Shown in pieces: positions 12,406 through 27,200 of a stretch of 64,000 nucleotides of DNA (positions are counted from its first letter, which is position 1; the number at the start of each line of letters is the position of its first letter). The position numbers and the translations under genes are program-made. The DNA comes from Eledone cirrhosa (Eukaryota), in assembly GCA_964016885.1 (NCBI GenBank), contig OZ024740.1, positions 127,100,001-127,164,000 of the forward strand. The letters run 5' to 3'. The notes under the pieces are model-generated. The model worked only from the letters and a program-made list of their open reading frames with translations. It searched no databases and was not told where the DNA came from.

Positions 12406-15400
12406 TTATGTGTGGGTGTGTGTGTGTGTGCGTGTGTGTGTGTGTGTGTGCATGTGTGTGTATGACTAGATGATTTAGTGAATTACTGTTTGTGGTACCA
12501 ATATGAGCACTCGACGCACTGGCAGGGCTTTTATTGATTATCGACCCATTACGCGTGTTTCACATAAAATTTCTTCATGGTCATTTATGGAAGCTATGAC
12601 CTGATTCCAGCATCAATCTGCTCCTCAGATTTGGTGTTTCATCAAACGATTAAGTGTATGTATCAAATAACTAAGTATGTATGTGTGGATGCATGTTTTC
12701 GTCTTCATATGTGTATTTTTTGTGCGATCTGGTAGTTTTATATATTGCCACCAAACAGTCATTATTTCTAAATAATATGCATCACTTTCTAAACTCGCAA
12801 GCTTTTGAATCGTATCTCTTTTCAATTTACTAATTATTCGGACATTTGACGTATCGGATCAATATATATATGTACATCCAAATATGAATATTCATCAATA
12901 CAGACGTATTTAATTGGCTGCCAGAAAAAGAAAACTGAGCCACACACTCATTTATTTATATGTTAAAGGAAGAGAACAGGCTATGTTTCTATCTCATGGT
13001 AGAATATATCATTCCCATATTAACTGTATAAAACTTAAGAAAGGAAGACTAGCATTTATTGTAAATGGTCTTACAATATAGATGAATGTATACATATTTT
13101 TGGTGAAATATATTACTACATTTCAGAAAATCACAAATATTCGTTTATTGGATGTGGAGAGTAAATTGTGGAACATTGTACAGACGATTATTCTATTCTC
13201 AATTTGTATATTTCAGTCTGTGAACGATGCTGTTAAAGTATTGCGAGTTTCCTACATGAAAACTGAATTATTTTTCGAATCAAAATTGAAGAATGTGTAC
13301 TGCATTTCTAACTTTTGCTTTTTTATATATATTTTAACAACAATTATATGTAGGTATGTTTGCATGTATTTATATTTGTAAGCCTGGGGTCATCTTTTCA
13401 TTTAAGCCATTCAATATCAACAAAAAAAGTACCAGGCTAGTAATTGGATTGATTCTTCCTCTATGTCTTATTTTCACTTTCATTTTACTCTAACCTTCTT
13501 CCAGAGAATTCTGCTGTATTCCGATAAAGCGAAGAGAGGCTTGTAAGAAATGAACACTAGAAACTCTGTATGGTTCCCCCAGGAGTTACACTTCCATACA
13601 TAGGTGTATGTAAGTACTGGTCCATACATCTCCCTCCTGGACGAATTCGTTTCTGTGCAACATAATTCACAATTGCAGATATTAAATCTGCAGTGTGAGA
13701 AAACTACGTATTATCAGTAGATATTCAAGTAACCGGGCAAATTGTACGTCTTCAGCATCCGCTCCGAATCACTGTACCACCATTCTCTTATTCACGCACG
13801 TGACTTGAGGGTCCGTGTTTAATGCCCCTTTGTCCCCTGTTCCTTGTTCGCCGTTTGTATACCTGCTTTTGTATATATGTATAAACTTTGTTCCGTTTGT
13901 TCCTACGTTCTCCATATGTGTACCTGAATTTATATCTATGTTTCTTTTTGTTCGTATATTCTATAACAACAGTTCACTTCCACAGACTGGCAGCCCTTTT
14001 TGTCGAACATGGTTGCCACCGTTGTTAGTATTAATAACAATGTAGTTACAACTGAAGAGTATTGTGGTTAATTATTATTCAGCAATATGATTAGTGCTGG
14101 CATTGTGCCATAGATTGGAAGCGATAATTGTCATGATTATTATATTAGTGTAAGGATTTATTTACAGCGACCTGCACCACCAGGCCTTTTTGTTGCTGTT
14201 GCTTGGATCTCGGGTAGGAATGCACTCATTGGCATTAGCTGCGTACTAATATCACTACTACTGCGACGATCTGTGTGGGCGATAGGCTGGTTTTCCCTTG
14301 TTGTCGTTGTTGTTGTTGTTGCTGTCGTTGTCGCTGATGTCTCGAGGATGGATGTCATCAAGTGTGTATATCGGCCTACCTTAGAGTTCCATTTATTGCT
14401 GTTGTTGTTGTCGTCGTCGTTTGTTGTTATCGTTGTTGTTGCTAGCTGGGTATTACTATCACTACGACTGCAGCGGCCAGTGTAGGTGACGTTGGTTGGT
14501 GTTTGCTATTGTCGTTGTTGTTGCTGTTTTTGTTGTTGTAACTGTTGCCTTGAATGTGGTTGTCAACAAAATGTATACGTCACCCTCCCTCAGAGTTCCG
14601 TTTATCCCTTCCACTATCTACTACATTCTGGCTACGCATGAACGTAGATGAACACAACATATTTGAGGGGTTACCCATTTGCGGATTTACGACCCCAATT
14701 CCGTGGGGGATGCATGAATCCTGATTTCGCTAATTGACACGTGATAGCATTTTACTCCAGTAAACATGACGGCTGGGAGAACCTTTCAGGAACTCATATG
14801 TCTGCGGGACGCACGAGCAAAAGGACGTGAGTTTTTTTTCCTGCCGGCGGCATATTACAAGACGGATTTCATCTGAGGATACCTTTCTCATAACAACAAC
14901 AAATACATGAATTACATCTTGATTGCATGAGAGAACAGTTGTAATAATTATACGGAATAAACCATTTATGTAACATCAGTATCTTTATTAATGTTATTAT
15001 ATATATAAGAGAGGGGTCCGATCAGTGTTATGAGTATGTAATCTCTTGAATAATTTCCATTGATATTATGTAAAATGTGGTGTTTTGCTTGCATTGGTAG
15101 AGCATTAGAAAAGTTGTTTTTCAGAAATTAAAACAAGATGATTTACCTTCTTGTTGCACATTCATTCTTTATCATGCATGAAATAAACTACCACGAGGAG
15201 TCGATATAATTAACGTTCATCTCCCCACATTCCAGATCACTTTTCAGTGTTAGAAAGTCATTACCAATTGTATAACACAGAAGGATAAACATATACATCC
15301 ATATCTAAAACTAATTGTTTTAGCTAATAATAATGTGGTCAATGGCAGCTTCTGTAGTGCAGCTTACTACTAAGATTTCATCGCCGCTTTCTTCCTTGTA

Positions 15401-15687
15401 AAATTCACAATATAGTGTAAAATGTTAGACATTATGATGACATTGTACACGGTGCCAAGTCTTTTACGAACTTCGTTCAATAATGGACCATATTTTTTTA
15501 AAGTGTTTTTAGACGATTATGTTGATGGAAATACTTGTTTTCAAGTCCGACACTTATTATATCGATATCGTCCGATTAGCTAAATTAGGGGGCACAATCA
15601 ACACCGAAAATTACACACAAGCCCTCACGTATATTCATACACACAAATACGCGTGTGCTTGTACATGTCTGCTTGCGTGTATGCGTT

Positions 15688-15735
<48 letters not shown>

Positions 15736-15887
15736 CATGCATATGATAATGCGTGTGCGTGCGTGTGTATGTGAATGTATCAATCAACGTATCTATTTTA
15801 GCATATAACGGCAGAACTGTGCACATTTTCTGACTGACTTCTCTTTTGAAACCAACATATATTGGTTATCCAGAGGGTGTAACAGAA

Positions 15888-15975
15888 GATTTGTGCCTAA
15901 TGTGTTACAGATTGACCTGAATCCGAAGCAACATGGCTGTAAAGCGAACTTCTTGACCACACAGCATTGCCTGTA
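15888..15975 (-). mobile_element. Degenerate tRNA-SINE head (second SINE family)
   Basis: Minus strand reads CAGGCAATGCTGTGTGGTCAAGAAGTTCGCTT...CATGTTGCTTCGGATTCAGGTC, with A/B-box-like spacing. Resembles an octopus SINE head from memory. Confidence 0.45.
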
Positions 15976-16477
15976 AGTATGTTAAGATAGAGTAGTCAAT
16001 ATTGCGAAACGTATCCTGCGAAAGTGTTAAGGTCAGAAAGACCAACAAAGCAGAACACTCCGAACACATCATCATACAGCAAAATCTGACCTACAAGTTC
16101 GGGTTGAACCATTGGGAATACACATTGTCGTTCGATATATCAGTTGATAAATACATGTTGATGTGTGACTGAAGTTGTATCTGTCTTTACGCAAAACAAC
16201 TATTCGAAATTACGGTCATGAATGAAGTACCAAATATAATATAGCATATTGTCTGGCAGTCGAACCGTATGCGTACAACATGTCATGTTTTACAGGCATT
16301 TGAATAATTTCATATTTGCAGTAATGAAGAAACTACAAATCCAATAAATCTTGAAGTATTCGAGAACGATGTATGTAAACATACACATATGTACAGACAT
16401 ACAAACATAATATATACTTATACACACACACACTCACACACACACATACACACACACACACATACATATATATATAT

Positions 16478-16516
<39 letters not shown>

Positions 16517-16525
16517 TATACATAC

Positions 16526-16593
<68 letters not shown>

Positions 16594-17229
16594 ATGAACA
16601 TAAAATGTGAAACAATAGTTTTACGACGCGTCTGGAATTTATAAATTTTGAAAGTATGTTAGCTTATTGTAAGTTGCTGCAACGCAGAATTAACTATTAA
16701 ATAGTCGAATTAGTTAGGTATATAGAATATTAGAAATGGAAAAAGTGGAGATCCCACTTCTAAAATGGTGGTGTGACTAACTGGCATACAGTATGCGAGC
16801 TCGTTTCGTGTGTCCGAATATGTGTAAATGTTTTCGTCTCCATGTGTTTATACACACAACCTGTTCGACATTTTTACAAAGCACACACACACATACATAT
16901 ATGTATATATATATACACGTACATACATATATGTATACTTAAATATATCCTCCTTCTCTTTCGGTATTCAATCGTATTGGACTATGACCTGGTGTTAGAT
17001 ATTTATCAATTTGTTATAGTTAATCAATGACAAAACACTATCCAAGATGCTTCTCTCTTTCATGACACAGTAGTACAATGTCAGTTGCACATGTGCGCAA
17101 ACAGATACAGCAGAATACAGCGAGGAGTGGTAGAATGGTAGATCTTGTTCTGAATCCCTCTCATATCTTTGTAGTTTCTTTTATATTTGATTCAACTTTC
17201 TTTGCAGTTCCTTTTACATTTTCTGCGCC

Positions 17230-17500
17230 CAATCACCGCTGATTTTCTATTTCACCGTAATGAAGTCATCTGCTGCACTGATTTGATTTTTAATGAAATA
17301 TTTATACGAGAGGTGTTGGCATCCTCTTCAACGGCTTCTTCAATTCAGCTTACTATAAAGTACAACCTCCAGGCTACTAGTGTCTTCGATACGGATTAAA
17401 TGTTTAGCACATCGTAGTTGGGACTCCAGCAGGCTGAACTCATTATTAAGCATATTTTCCCACTGCCCACCCTCTTGAATTGAGATCTAGTCTTGCAGCG
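17230..17500 (-). pseudogene. RTE-clade LINE C-terminal fragment
   Basis: LLESQLRCAKHLIRIEDT..LEVVLYSKL..RSR.RGCQHLSYK resembles QLRWAGHVxRMxDxRLPKxLLYGEL..GKR..GGQKKRYK. Confidence 0.5.
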
Positions 17501-18084
17501 AAATATTCATTATGGATCATAGTGGTAGCCATACTTCACTGGGCTCGTTTGCATTTTATTGACAGTTTTGTGACACGTCATTTATACAGACAACCGTTCA
17601 GCTTTTCCAAAGCGACCACAACAAACTGGTTGATAGATTTGGAAGAGAGGTATTATGGAACCTGCTCAAAATCTATGTATGTCCCGAATAATTGGTGAAG
17701 ACATTCAGCCAGTTGCGCGATGATATGCAGCTACAATCACACTTCAAAGTGTCAGGTCAGCCAAATTTCGGATTGTCCACGGAATAAAGCAAGACTATGT
17801 AAACGCGCCACCTCTGTTTCCCTTATTCTGGAGTAATGTGTTCGAAAATATGGTAAGCGCTCTCACATCTGAAGTTTATAATCGCAGAAGAATTGATAGT
17901 GGACTGCTAATATCCTCTAGAAAGTTTTGTGAGCTGCTTATTGCTGTTGACTCAGTTCAAATGGCTGGGGGTATACAGAAAAGAATATATCATTTCAAAT
18001 GTACTCCGCTAATATTCGGCTACACAATTAATGTAAGAAGGACTGAAGAATTATAACAGCCGCAATGTAGTGTTGATGTTCACC

Positions 18085-19030
18085 TACTAAGCATTTCCAG
18101 CTTCCACACAGACCTCAAATTAAGACACACCACCCATGCTTTGCTCTTCTTCTCAGCTACATCATACTCTGTGGTCCTAATATTTGCTCTCAGATACAGG
18201 AAGTCCTCAACCAAATCTAGCATCTTCCCGTCGACATTCATAATATTATCTTGCTCCCTTGATGTTCTCTACTAGATATTTCAAGGAAAAGCATGAAAGC
18301 AGGCAAGATCCTTGCCTTAGCTCACTCTAGAATATTCCTCAGCATCAGGATGTGACCAGTGGTTGTTCTTTCCTCTCTGAAGTCATTCTGGTTGTTCCTA
18401 AGCTTCTTCTCTAACTCAGATCCTGTTAAGAATCATCCTGTTGAGGATCTTTGCTACAAGTGACGTCAATGAGAAGCCCCTGTACCTTTTGGTGTGAGAT
18501 CTCCGTACTTTGTTACTGGTACTTATTAATCCTCCTCTGATATTTACCAACTGCTTTCTCCAGTGTCTGGTTACTGAACTCCAGGATGATATCAAAATTA
18601 CACAACTTCATCACATCTAATACCACTCCATCTTCTCCGAGAGCCTTACCACCTTGATCTTCAGCTTGGCTCTCTGGAACTCCTCTGTGGTGAAGCGCCC
18701 TGTCTCAATATCCAGTTCCTCAAACAGCTCTCTGATCTAACAGGTGTCCTGGTCTGTCGAAGGTGGATCGTAGGGACTTTAAATGATCCAGTTACTTCCT
18801 ATTCATATACTCGAGACTGATTCAAACTTCCTCTCTTTTTCCTTGTGATGTCAACCAGCTCTCTTTACACTTAGATCTGTCTACCGATATTTCTACACTT
18901 CTGCCCATGTCCATCAGCACCTAATCTGGATTAAGTATAAATGGAACAGAGTTCTTCCTTCCTCACCTCCACATTCTTCTAGGGTCAGCATGGATTTGGT
19001 CCTTGGAAGCTCTCAGGTAATCTCTGAGTT
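18085..19030 (-). pseudogene. RTE-clade LINE RT fragment with internal deletion
   Basis: GKALGEDGV...PVTKYGDL...YRGFSLTSLVAKILNRMILNRI...LRNNQNDFREERTTTGHILMLRNILE, then a jump to LVEDFLYLRANI...SKAW. Confidence 0.75.
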
Positions 19031-19591
19031 CACATAACTTTACCAGTTTAAGGATTGCACAATTTTTAGAACGGTTAAGCGTGAAGTAAAGATATAGAGC
19101 AATTACGTCACTACCTTGGGTCTGAGACGGCGTTCAAAATGTCATTGATGGAAAATGCCTTAATCACTTTAAATGATCTGTTTAAGATACAATTTGATTG
19201 GTTGAGGAAGAGCACGTGATTGGGCATAGCATTTTCTTAGTTTTCAATTTCCTTTCTTTATATACACAAAGGCATACTCACACACGCAGACATACACATA
19301 CACACATATACAAACACTATCATATATATATATACACATACACACATGCCTCTGTGTTTGTGTCTCTCTAAGTGGGTGTATACGTTTCTGTGTCTATGTT
19401 AGTGTACCGAAATTGATACAGCTGAAACTCATTATGATTTCATACTCTCTAGAAGAATATGTACGCAGAGATAAACTACAGAAATATATACTTAAGCTTA
19501 AGTGATTAGAAAAAAAAAGAAATAATAGTACCTATATTATAATAACGTAGGTTGAAATGTATTTTACATACTGACATATGAATAGTGTATG

Positions 19592-19611
19592 CATATATAT
19601 ATATATATATA

Positions 19612-19656
<45 letters not shown>

Positions 19657-19670
19657 ATATATACATATGC

Positions 19671-19764
<94 letters not shown>

Positions 19765-19821
19765 GTATGTGTGTGTATATATACATATGCATGTATATAT
19801 GTGTGTGTATATATACATATG

Positions 19822-19860
<39 letters not shown>

Positions 19861-19902
19861 ATGTGTATATATATGTATGTATATATATATATATATATAT
19901 AC
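19592..19902. repeat. Compound (TA)n/(TG)n microsatellite
   Basis: Direct reading. Confidence 0.95.
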
Positions 19903-20049
19903 ATAGATATTCTCTATTCTAAAGCAAATGCATATATTTATTGTAATTCTTTCAAAGCACGAAGTAGATGCTGATTTTCATGCAAAATATGAAAGTATTG
20001 TAGCATTATCATAAATTGAAGGGAGCCCGTTGCATTATTTATGAATACT

Positions 20050-20053
20050 AATA

Positions 20054-20099
<46 letters not shown>

Positions 20100-20159
20100 T
20101 AATAATAATAATAAGACTAATAATAATAATAATAATAAAAATAATAATAAAAATAAGAC

Positions 20160-20193
<34 letters not shown>

Positions 20194-20215
20194 CATAATA
20201 ATAACAACAACAACA
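20050..20215. repeat. (AAT)n microsatellite
   Basis: Interrupted trinucleotide run. Confidence 0.95.
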
Positions 20216-20650
20216 CCAGCAATGACAACAGCAACGAAATTACTACAACAAAAAGTAACAACTGCTACTACTCCACTACTACAACTACTTCGATTAATAT
20301 TACTACTACTACTACTCTTACATCAAGAACATAAACAATGATATTAAATATAATATCACTAATAATTGCTCTCATAACAAAACAATGGCAAGTATGCTTG
20401 CAATTTCAAAACAAGAAGTTGCTACTTATGAAATTTGTCAAGTCTTCCATGCTATTTTGAAGAAAAATAAGATAAATCTGCATACATTCTTCCGTTGTTC
20501 AATTTTCTTTGGTTATTCCCATAGAGAAATACGTAACCTGAGTCTCTCACACATATATAAACATGCACACACAAGAGTTCATATATATATATGTATTTAT
20601 GTATATACGTATATATATAGAGAGAGAGAAAGAGATAGATATATAGATAT

Positions 20651-20685
<35 letters not shown>

Positions 20686-20830
20686 TATAGACATTCATTC
20701 GTCTGTTTATTTATGTATATATGTACATTATCATTGTTACACATTGTGGAAAAACAAATTTCAAAACGTTCTTTTAGTCACAGGAGTGGCTTTATGGCTG
20801 TAATAAAGCACTCACATACATATACATATA

Positions 20831-20998
<168 letters not shown>

Positions 20999-21226
20999 TA
21001 TACATACATATGCATATATATATGAATGTATACGTAACATTCAAATTCTATGTTCATCTTTTTACACGGGTTTATATGTTAAAACATATTTGAGGAGCTT
21101 CTGATTCCAGAGTAAGCTTCGATCTTTTAGAACATTTCTCGGGCTGATCGATAGTGAAACAGTTAATGTGTAATTAAATATCTATATAATGCAACACTGA
21201 TGCCGTGTTCCTCTATACATTAATTT

Positions 21227-21260
<34 letters not shown>

Positions 21261-21419
21261 CGTGTGTGTGTGTGTGTGTGTGTCTGTATGTGTTTGAGTT
21301 TGTGTGTAAGTGTGTGTGTGTATGTGTACCTATATATGTACATTCATACATATACAATGTCCATTATGTGTGTTTGAAAATCGTATACCCACGATATATA
21401 TATGTGTGTGTGTGTGTGT

Positions 21420-22964
21420 GTATACGTACATACACATATGTATACAGACGTACAGTAGTATGTATATATATACATACATGCACACATATATATATGTGCA
21501 CGTGTCGGTTTACCGAACATTTATTATAATGCTCGGTTTGTTTGTTTGTAAACAAATAAACAACCCTAATTATGCCGTACAGTGTTTAGTCAACCACGTC
21601 ACCTTTTTGTTCAACACTGACACAGGAACGATGTACTAGTTTCAAGCTTATTAGCTATCGTCAGCATCGTATACCTTCCTGCCAGATGGTTGAACGTTTG
21701 AAAGTATATACTTTCCTTATGCATATTAACGGCTGAGTAGCCTAATTTGCATATCGAGTGAGTTTAGTCGGCCGGACGCACCGAAAACGATAAATGGAAT
21801 AGAATGAAACGAAATTTCATTTCTCACTCTTAGTACGGCAGTTACTTAAATGTAATTATGTATGTATGTATACGTACATACACATGTGTATACAGACGTA
21901 CAATAATTTGTATATATATACAAACATGCACATATATATATATGCACGTATCGGTTTACCGAATATTTATTATAATGCTCGGTTTGTTTGTAAACAAACA
22001 AACAGCCCGAATTAGCCGTACAGTGTTTAGGCAACCACGTCACCTTTTTGTTCAACACTGACACAGGAACGATGTACTAGTTTCAAGCTTATTAGCTATC
22101 GTCAGCATCGTACACGTTCCTGCCAGATGGTTGAACGTCTTAAAGTATATACTTTCCTTATGCTTATTAACGGCTGAGCAGCTTAATTTGCATATCGAGT
22201 GAGTTTAGTCGGCCTGGCGTTCCGAAGTCGATAAATGGAATAGAATGAAACAACATTTAATTTCTCACTCTTAGTACGGCAGTTACTTAAATGTAAGTAT
22301 GTATACGTACATACACATATGTATACAGACGTACTGTAGTATGTATATATATATACATGCACAGATATATATATGCACGTACCGGTTTACCGAACATTTA
22401 TTATAATGCTCGGTTTGTTTGTAAACAAACAAACAGCCCGAATTACGCCGTACAGTGTTTAGGCAACCACGTCACCTTTTTGTTCAACACTGACACAGGA
22501 ACGATATACTAGTTTCAAGCTTATTAGCTATCGTCAGCATCGTATACCTTCCTGCCTCACTCGATATACAAATTAGGCTACTCAGAGTTTAATATGCATA
22601 AGGAATGTATATACTTTCAGACGTTCAACCATCTGGCAGGAAGGTATACGATGCTGACGATAGCTAATAAGCTTGAAACTAGTACATCGTTCCTGAGTCA
22701 GTGTTGAACAAAAAGGTGACGTGGTTGCCTAAACACTGTACGTCGTAATTCGGGCTGTTTGTTTGTTTACAAACAAACCGAGCATTATAATAAATGTTCG
22801 GTAAACCGATACGTGCATATATATATATATGTGTGCATGTATGTATATATATACATACTACTGTGCGTCTGTATACATATGTGTATGTACGTATTCATAC
22901 ATACTTACATTTAAGTAACTGCTGTACTAAGAGTGAGAAATGAAATTTCGTTTCATTCTATTCC

Positions 22965-22970
<6 letters not shown>
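21420..22970. mobile_element. Retrozyme-like element (family D): ~432-441 nt unit x2.6 (HHR on - strand) plus inverted arm 22556-22970
   Basis: The HHR block recurs at 21628, 22069 and 22501. The inverted arm ends in (TA)n and the left end in (TG)n. Confidence 0.92.
22648..22690 (+). ncRNA. Minimal type I hammerhead ribozyme (minus-strand copies at 21628-21670, 22069-22111, 22501-22543)
   Basis: ACGATG-CTGACGA-T-AGCT(AATA)AGCT-T-GAAA-CTA-GTA-CATCGT. Stem I 6 bp, palindromic stem III ACTAGT. Confidence 0.85.
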
Positions 22971-23046
<76 letters not shown>

Positions 23047-23089
23047 ATATATATAATATAATATAATATATATATATATATATATATAT

Positions 23090-23296
23090 AAGTAGTAACA
23101 CAACAGTTAGTTCACCATACCGAGAACAATTGGTTCACCTTATGCGGATCTTCATGCCGGACTCAGAGAACCGAAGATCCGCATAAGGTGAAACAATTGT
23201 TCTCGGTATGCTGAACCGTCTTTTGTGTTACTACTTCTACCAACTCGTCCCATGGACTGACTGCTCTACCACTACGGATATTACACTCTAGTGTTA

Positions 23297-23300
<4 letters not shown>
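23090..23300. mobile_element. Short fold-back element (family E) with HHR-like motif, between (TA)n tracts
   Basis: Arms about 23090-23152 and 23173-23237. Motif CCGAAGA-TCC(GCATAA)GGT-GAAA-CAATT-GTT, with stem I out of register. Confidence 0.65.
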
Positions 23301-23344
<44 letters not shown>

Positions 23345-23442
23345 ATAGATCCGAACTAAGCCAGTAGGCTTAGTTCGGGTCTAGCTGTCGAAACTGCCGG
23401 AGCTCATATGTTTTATATATATATGTATATATACATATATCA

Positions 23443-24183
23443 AAGGCTAGAATGTTGGTATTCCCCGTCACAATTAATATTGCGAAACAGTATTATCAAA
23501 ACTGTCCGGGAGATTGGTAGTTAGCACAATTCTGGTTTTTATTTATCTTTCTTGATTTATTCTTAAATTATGTCAAGCAAACCCTCTTGTCTGTAATTAG
23601 CGAATCTGGTCACTTGAGATTTGAATACATATATGTATATGTCTGTGTTCGTTTTTCTTTTTTGTTCAGTTATATTATACGGCTTGGAAAAACCTCTTTA
23701 TTACTAATTTTATTGTAAGAGACTATTTTTAGTTTTAATAACTCAATGCACGCCTTTGATATATTCGACTCTGTTAATTCATGGAGCTAATTCAAATGTC
23801 GAGTAAACCCGGTTGCTATTTTTAGTAGCCTGAGTTCGCGAAACACGCCAAATACTGGCACCATGCGCGTTATATATACGCACACTATCCAGTTTTTTAA
23901 TAAACTTAGAAGTGACTAGGATACTAATAATTCTTCACCCGCTGATGAGCTAGAATTTTTGTATTCCTCTTCACAATTAATATTGCGAAACGGTATTATC
24001 AAAACTGTCCGGGTGATTGGTAGTTACCACAATACTGGTTTGTATTTATTTTTCTTGATTTATTCTTAAATTGAGTTGAGCAAACCCCATTGTCTGTAGT
24101 TAGTATTCTTTTCACCTTAGCGAATCTGGTCCCTTACGAATTGAACACATATATGTCTGTGTTCGTTTTTATTTTTTGTTCAG

Positions 24184-24186
<3 letters not shown>
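23443..24186 (+). mobile_element. HHR element (family G): 503-nt period, about 1.5 units, 3' end in (TA)n
   Basis: About 23446-23676 repeats at about 23949-24188 with small indels. Confidence 0.85.
23935..24016 (+). ncRNA. Canonical-core type I hammerhead ribozyme
   Basis: TCACCCG-CTGATGA-GC...GC-GAAA-CGGT(ATTATCAAA)ACT-GTC-CGGGTGA. Stem I 7 bp, true stem III, GUC triplet. Confidence 0.88.
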
Positions 24187-24273
<87 letters not shown>

Positions 24274-27200
24274 ATGGAGGAAGAGAGAAAATGTGTGAGT
24301 GTAGTGTATCTGGAAATCAAAATAGCTAAATAGAGGTACACAAATATTTTACTTTATTTGTATATTATTCTGCACCATATTGCCACCATAATCACATAAA
24401 GAAATTGTATGGCAAACATATTCAACATCCATTCTTTATTAAATTTATGAATTGAAAATATGTTTAGAAAAAAGAATCATATATTCATTTTATTTTTACA
24501 AATCTATGCAAAAACTTTATCTTTCCATCATCTTTGTATAAATTCCAGCTCTATACTTTAACAGATGAACTGAAATATTACCAAACATATAATAACATTA
24601 TCCTTGTAGAAATAAGATTTTTCCTAAATAATCTCCAAATTTTGCACGGTAGCTTTTCTAAACAGAATGATATTTTAAAACTGCATGTTTATGTAATTCT
24701 ATTACATAGTTTGTACTTCCCCAATACATTTGGTTTTATATATATTGTAGGACTTCTATTACTTTAATTTGACTGGCCAATACAAAATATAATTCCCCCA
24801 GACACAGATATGATTTTATTGTTAACTTTATTAGTCATATGCTCATTTGATCGAAGGGGTAGGTGGTCCCTTATAGTGTCATCATTTGATCGCTTCTCAT
24901 ATAACTATTTGGTTCGTATTGTTTAACATCAGGCCGGTATTCATCGCAAAAATACACCCATTAAATGTCCCAGCTGCCTGTATTCCGAAATCTTTTTTTT
25001 TAGCAGCACTGCTCCTAGCCTTACATTATCCGATGTATAAATACTTTTCATGATGAGATGTAGTGATAAAGAGACCATTAGGTAGTGAATCTCGAATTGG
25101 CTAGATTTTGATGTTGTTTCTTAACCCATTGATCTTTCAAATTCATGATGACATGTATGAAACCGACCTTCCAATTGTTTTGACGGGAGTGATGGTAGGT
25201 CTTCCTTTGAAACTATGTTTAATCAAAATTTTACAAGTGAAATCAATTGATGAAACAGTCAAATAGCATTGTTTAGAATTCTACATAAGAGAACCTAAAA
25301 TGTAGTCTTCAATGATGTCATTGTGTGCTGATAATTAGGATACACCCATTTACATTGTATTTCTACAAAGAAATGCTTCTTTATGATTTTATCATACGAA
25401 TTAATTTACAGGTTCTAAAACACGATTTATTTTCTTATCATTTTCTAATATTGCATAGAATCATTTCTCAGTGGTACAATACTGGCTTTATAATTCTGAG
25501 CTCCAAAATTTCTGTATATTACTGACTCTGTGAAAATTATCTAATGACATTCATATCAACAAAATGTAACAATGCAGAAATCCCCAATTTCCAATTGTTC
25601 CAAATTTAACACAAATAAGTTCATGTAAATTACATTATTTATCGATTATCACTGTGATGGGGAGAGGAATGGGAATGGACCGCTAACGCATTCGAGCAAG
25701 AGGGATCTAGTTCTTCATATGATAACATTCTTGTCGAAGATGTGAGGGGTGTCATACCAGTCAAATTATTATATGACTAACCGCCTCTCTATTATCTGTA
25801 AGGGTTGCTGTTTTCCTCTAATTCTACAAAGCATTTCTGAATGAGCTACCTAGCGAACTTAGATATGGATGCCACCAACTAGACATGCTATTTCTATATT
25901 CACTGTAAAAAGGATATTCAATAGAGCAGATTCTCATTTCCTTTCTTCAAAATAATTGAAGCGACATAGAAAACATAATTAGCACCTAATAAAAAATTTA
26001 GTAGGAAAGATTATTTTTTATTTTTTATTTACGATTTGACACAGTTGAATAATATGTTTGTTTCTAAGGCTATCCTTCTTTTATGGACATTTCTCTTGAT
26101 ATATTATCCCCAATGTAATATATTTTGAAAATATGGGACTTTGTGTTTAGGTTGTTTGGCTTTTGATCCTAAGGTTGCGACTTCGAATTCCGACGACATG
26201 TTTGGTCTTTGGGGAGGACCCATTATATTACTTGCACAATTTGTCAGACAAGATGCCACATACCATTTCCTCAAGAACAATATTACGATTACAATATTAC
26301 AATATTACAATTCTGTAGCATGCTCAGTTTTTTGCACCTCCATTTCTTAAGAAGCCGCTCGATAAATAGATTTACATTAAAAGTTTGTCGTCGTAAAACG
26401 GTCCTCCAACACATACCAAAAGAGTGACTTCCCGTAGAAGTTTAATTCGTTTATTGTGTGCTTAAACAGAAATTAAAACGGCTTGTGTGATGTCTTATCT
26501 TATATTACTGCCATCACTACATTGTTCTGTCACGTCTTCGCAGATCGCAAGTAGAAAACATTATTTATTCTCATTAAATGATTCTCACAGTAACAAGGGA
26601 TTTGTTAAATGATATTTTATACATTACATTAATGCATTATTACGTTTATATTATGTATAATGTTTTCATGGTAGATGTTTCAACTTTGGGACCGTTTCGA
26701 TTTCAAATTGTAAAGAAATATCTTTATTGCAGTTTTGGGTATTTTGTATAAATAGAATAAAAACATCGCAAACAATAAATAATTATTCTTCTATATTTTG
26801 ATTCGTATTCATTTCTTTCATTATCCGTCCATTTCCATCTAAATACAAAACGTTTCTCTCTTTAATGAATGTAATATCGTCATTAAAGACGGTTTTCTCT
26901 TTGCTGCATACAAGCATCACTATGTCCCTTGAATATTCCAACAGAAGATTATCTTTACGTTCTTTCTAATGTGTCAATTAATAGCGGAAAACAATTAGCA
27001 TCCATAAAATTGTCATTTATCTATTTGATACATGTCTGGCATTATTTGTTTCTTAAGATGTTTCATTGATAGTGAGTGGTATAAGATGCATAAATAATTT
27101 TGCCCAGCACCACAAAAAAAGTTGATAAAAAAGTATGTAAGTGATAAACAAACACAAGATAATCATTGAAACACACATATTGTGTGTGAGTATATGTGTG

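Noticed and set aside
24800-25500. Possible Helitron/PIF1 helicase remnant on the minus strand (NGCILII..NDIIE..ILG)
   Set aside because: Similarity is too fragmentary to support without a profile search.
26137-26198. tRNA gene-like A/B boxes
   Set aside because: No cloverleaf. More likely a decayed SINE head.
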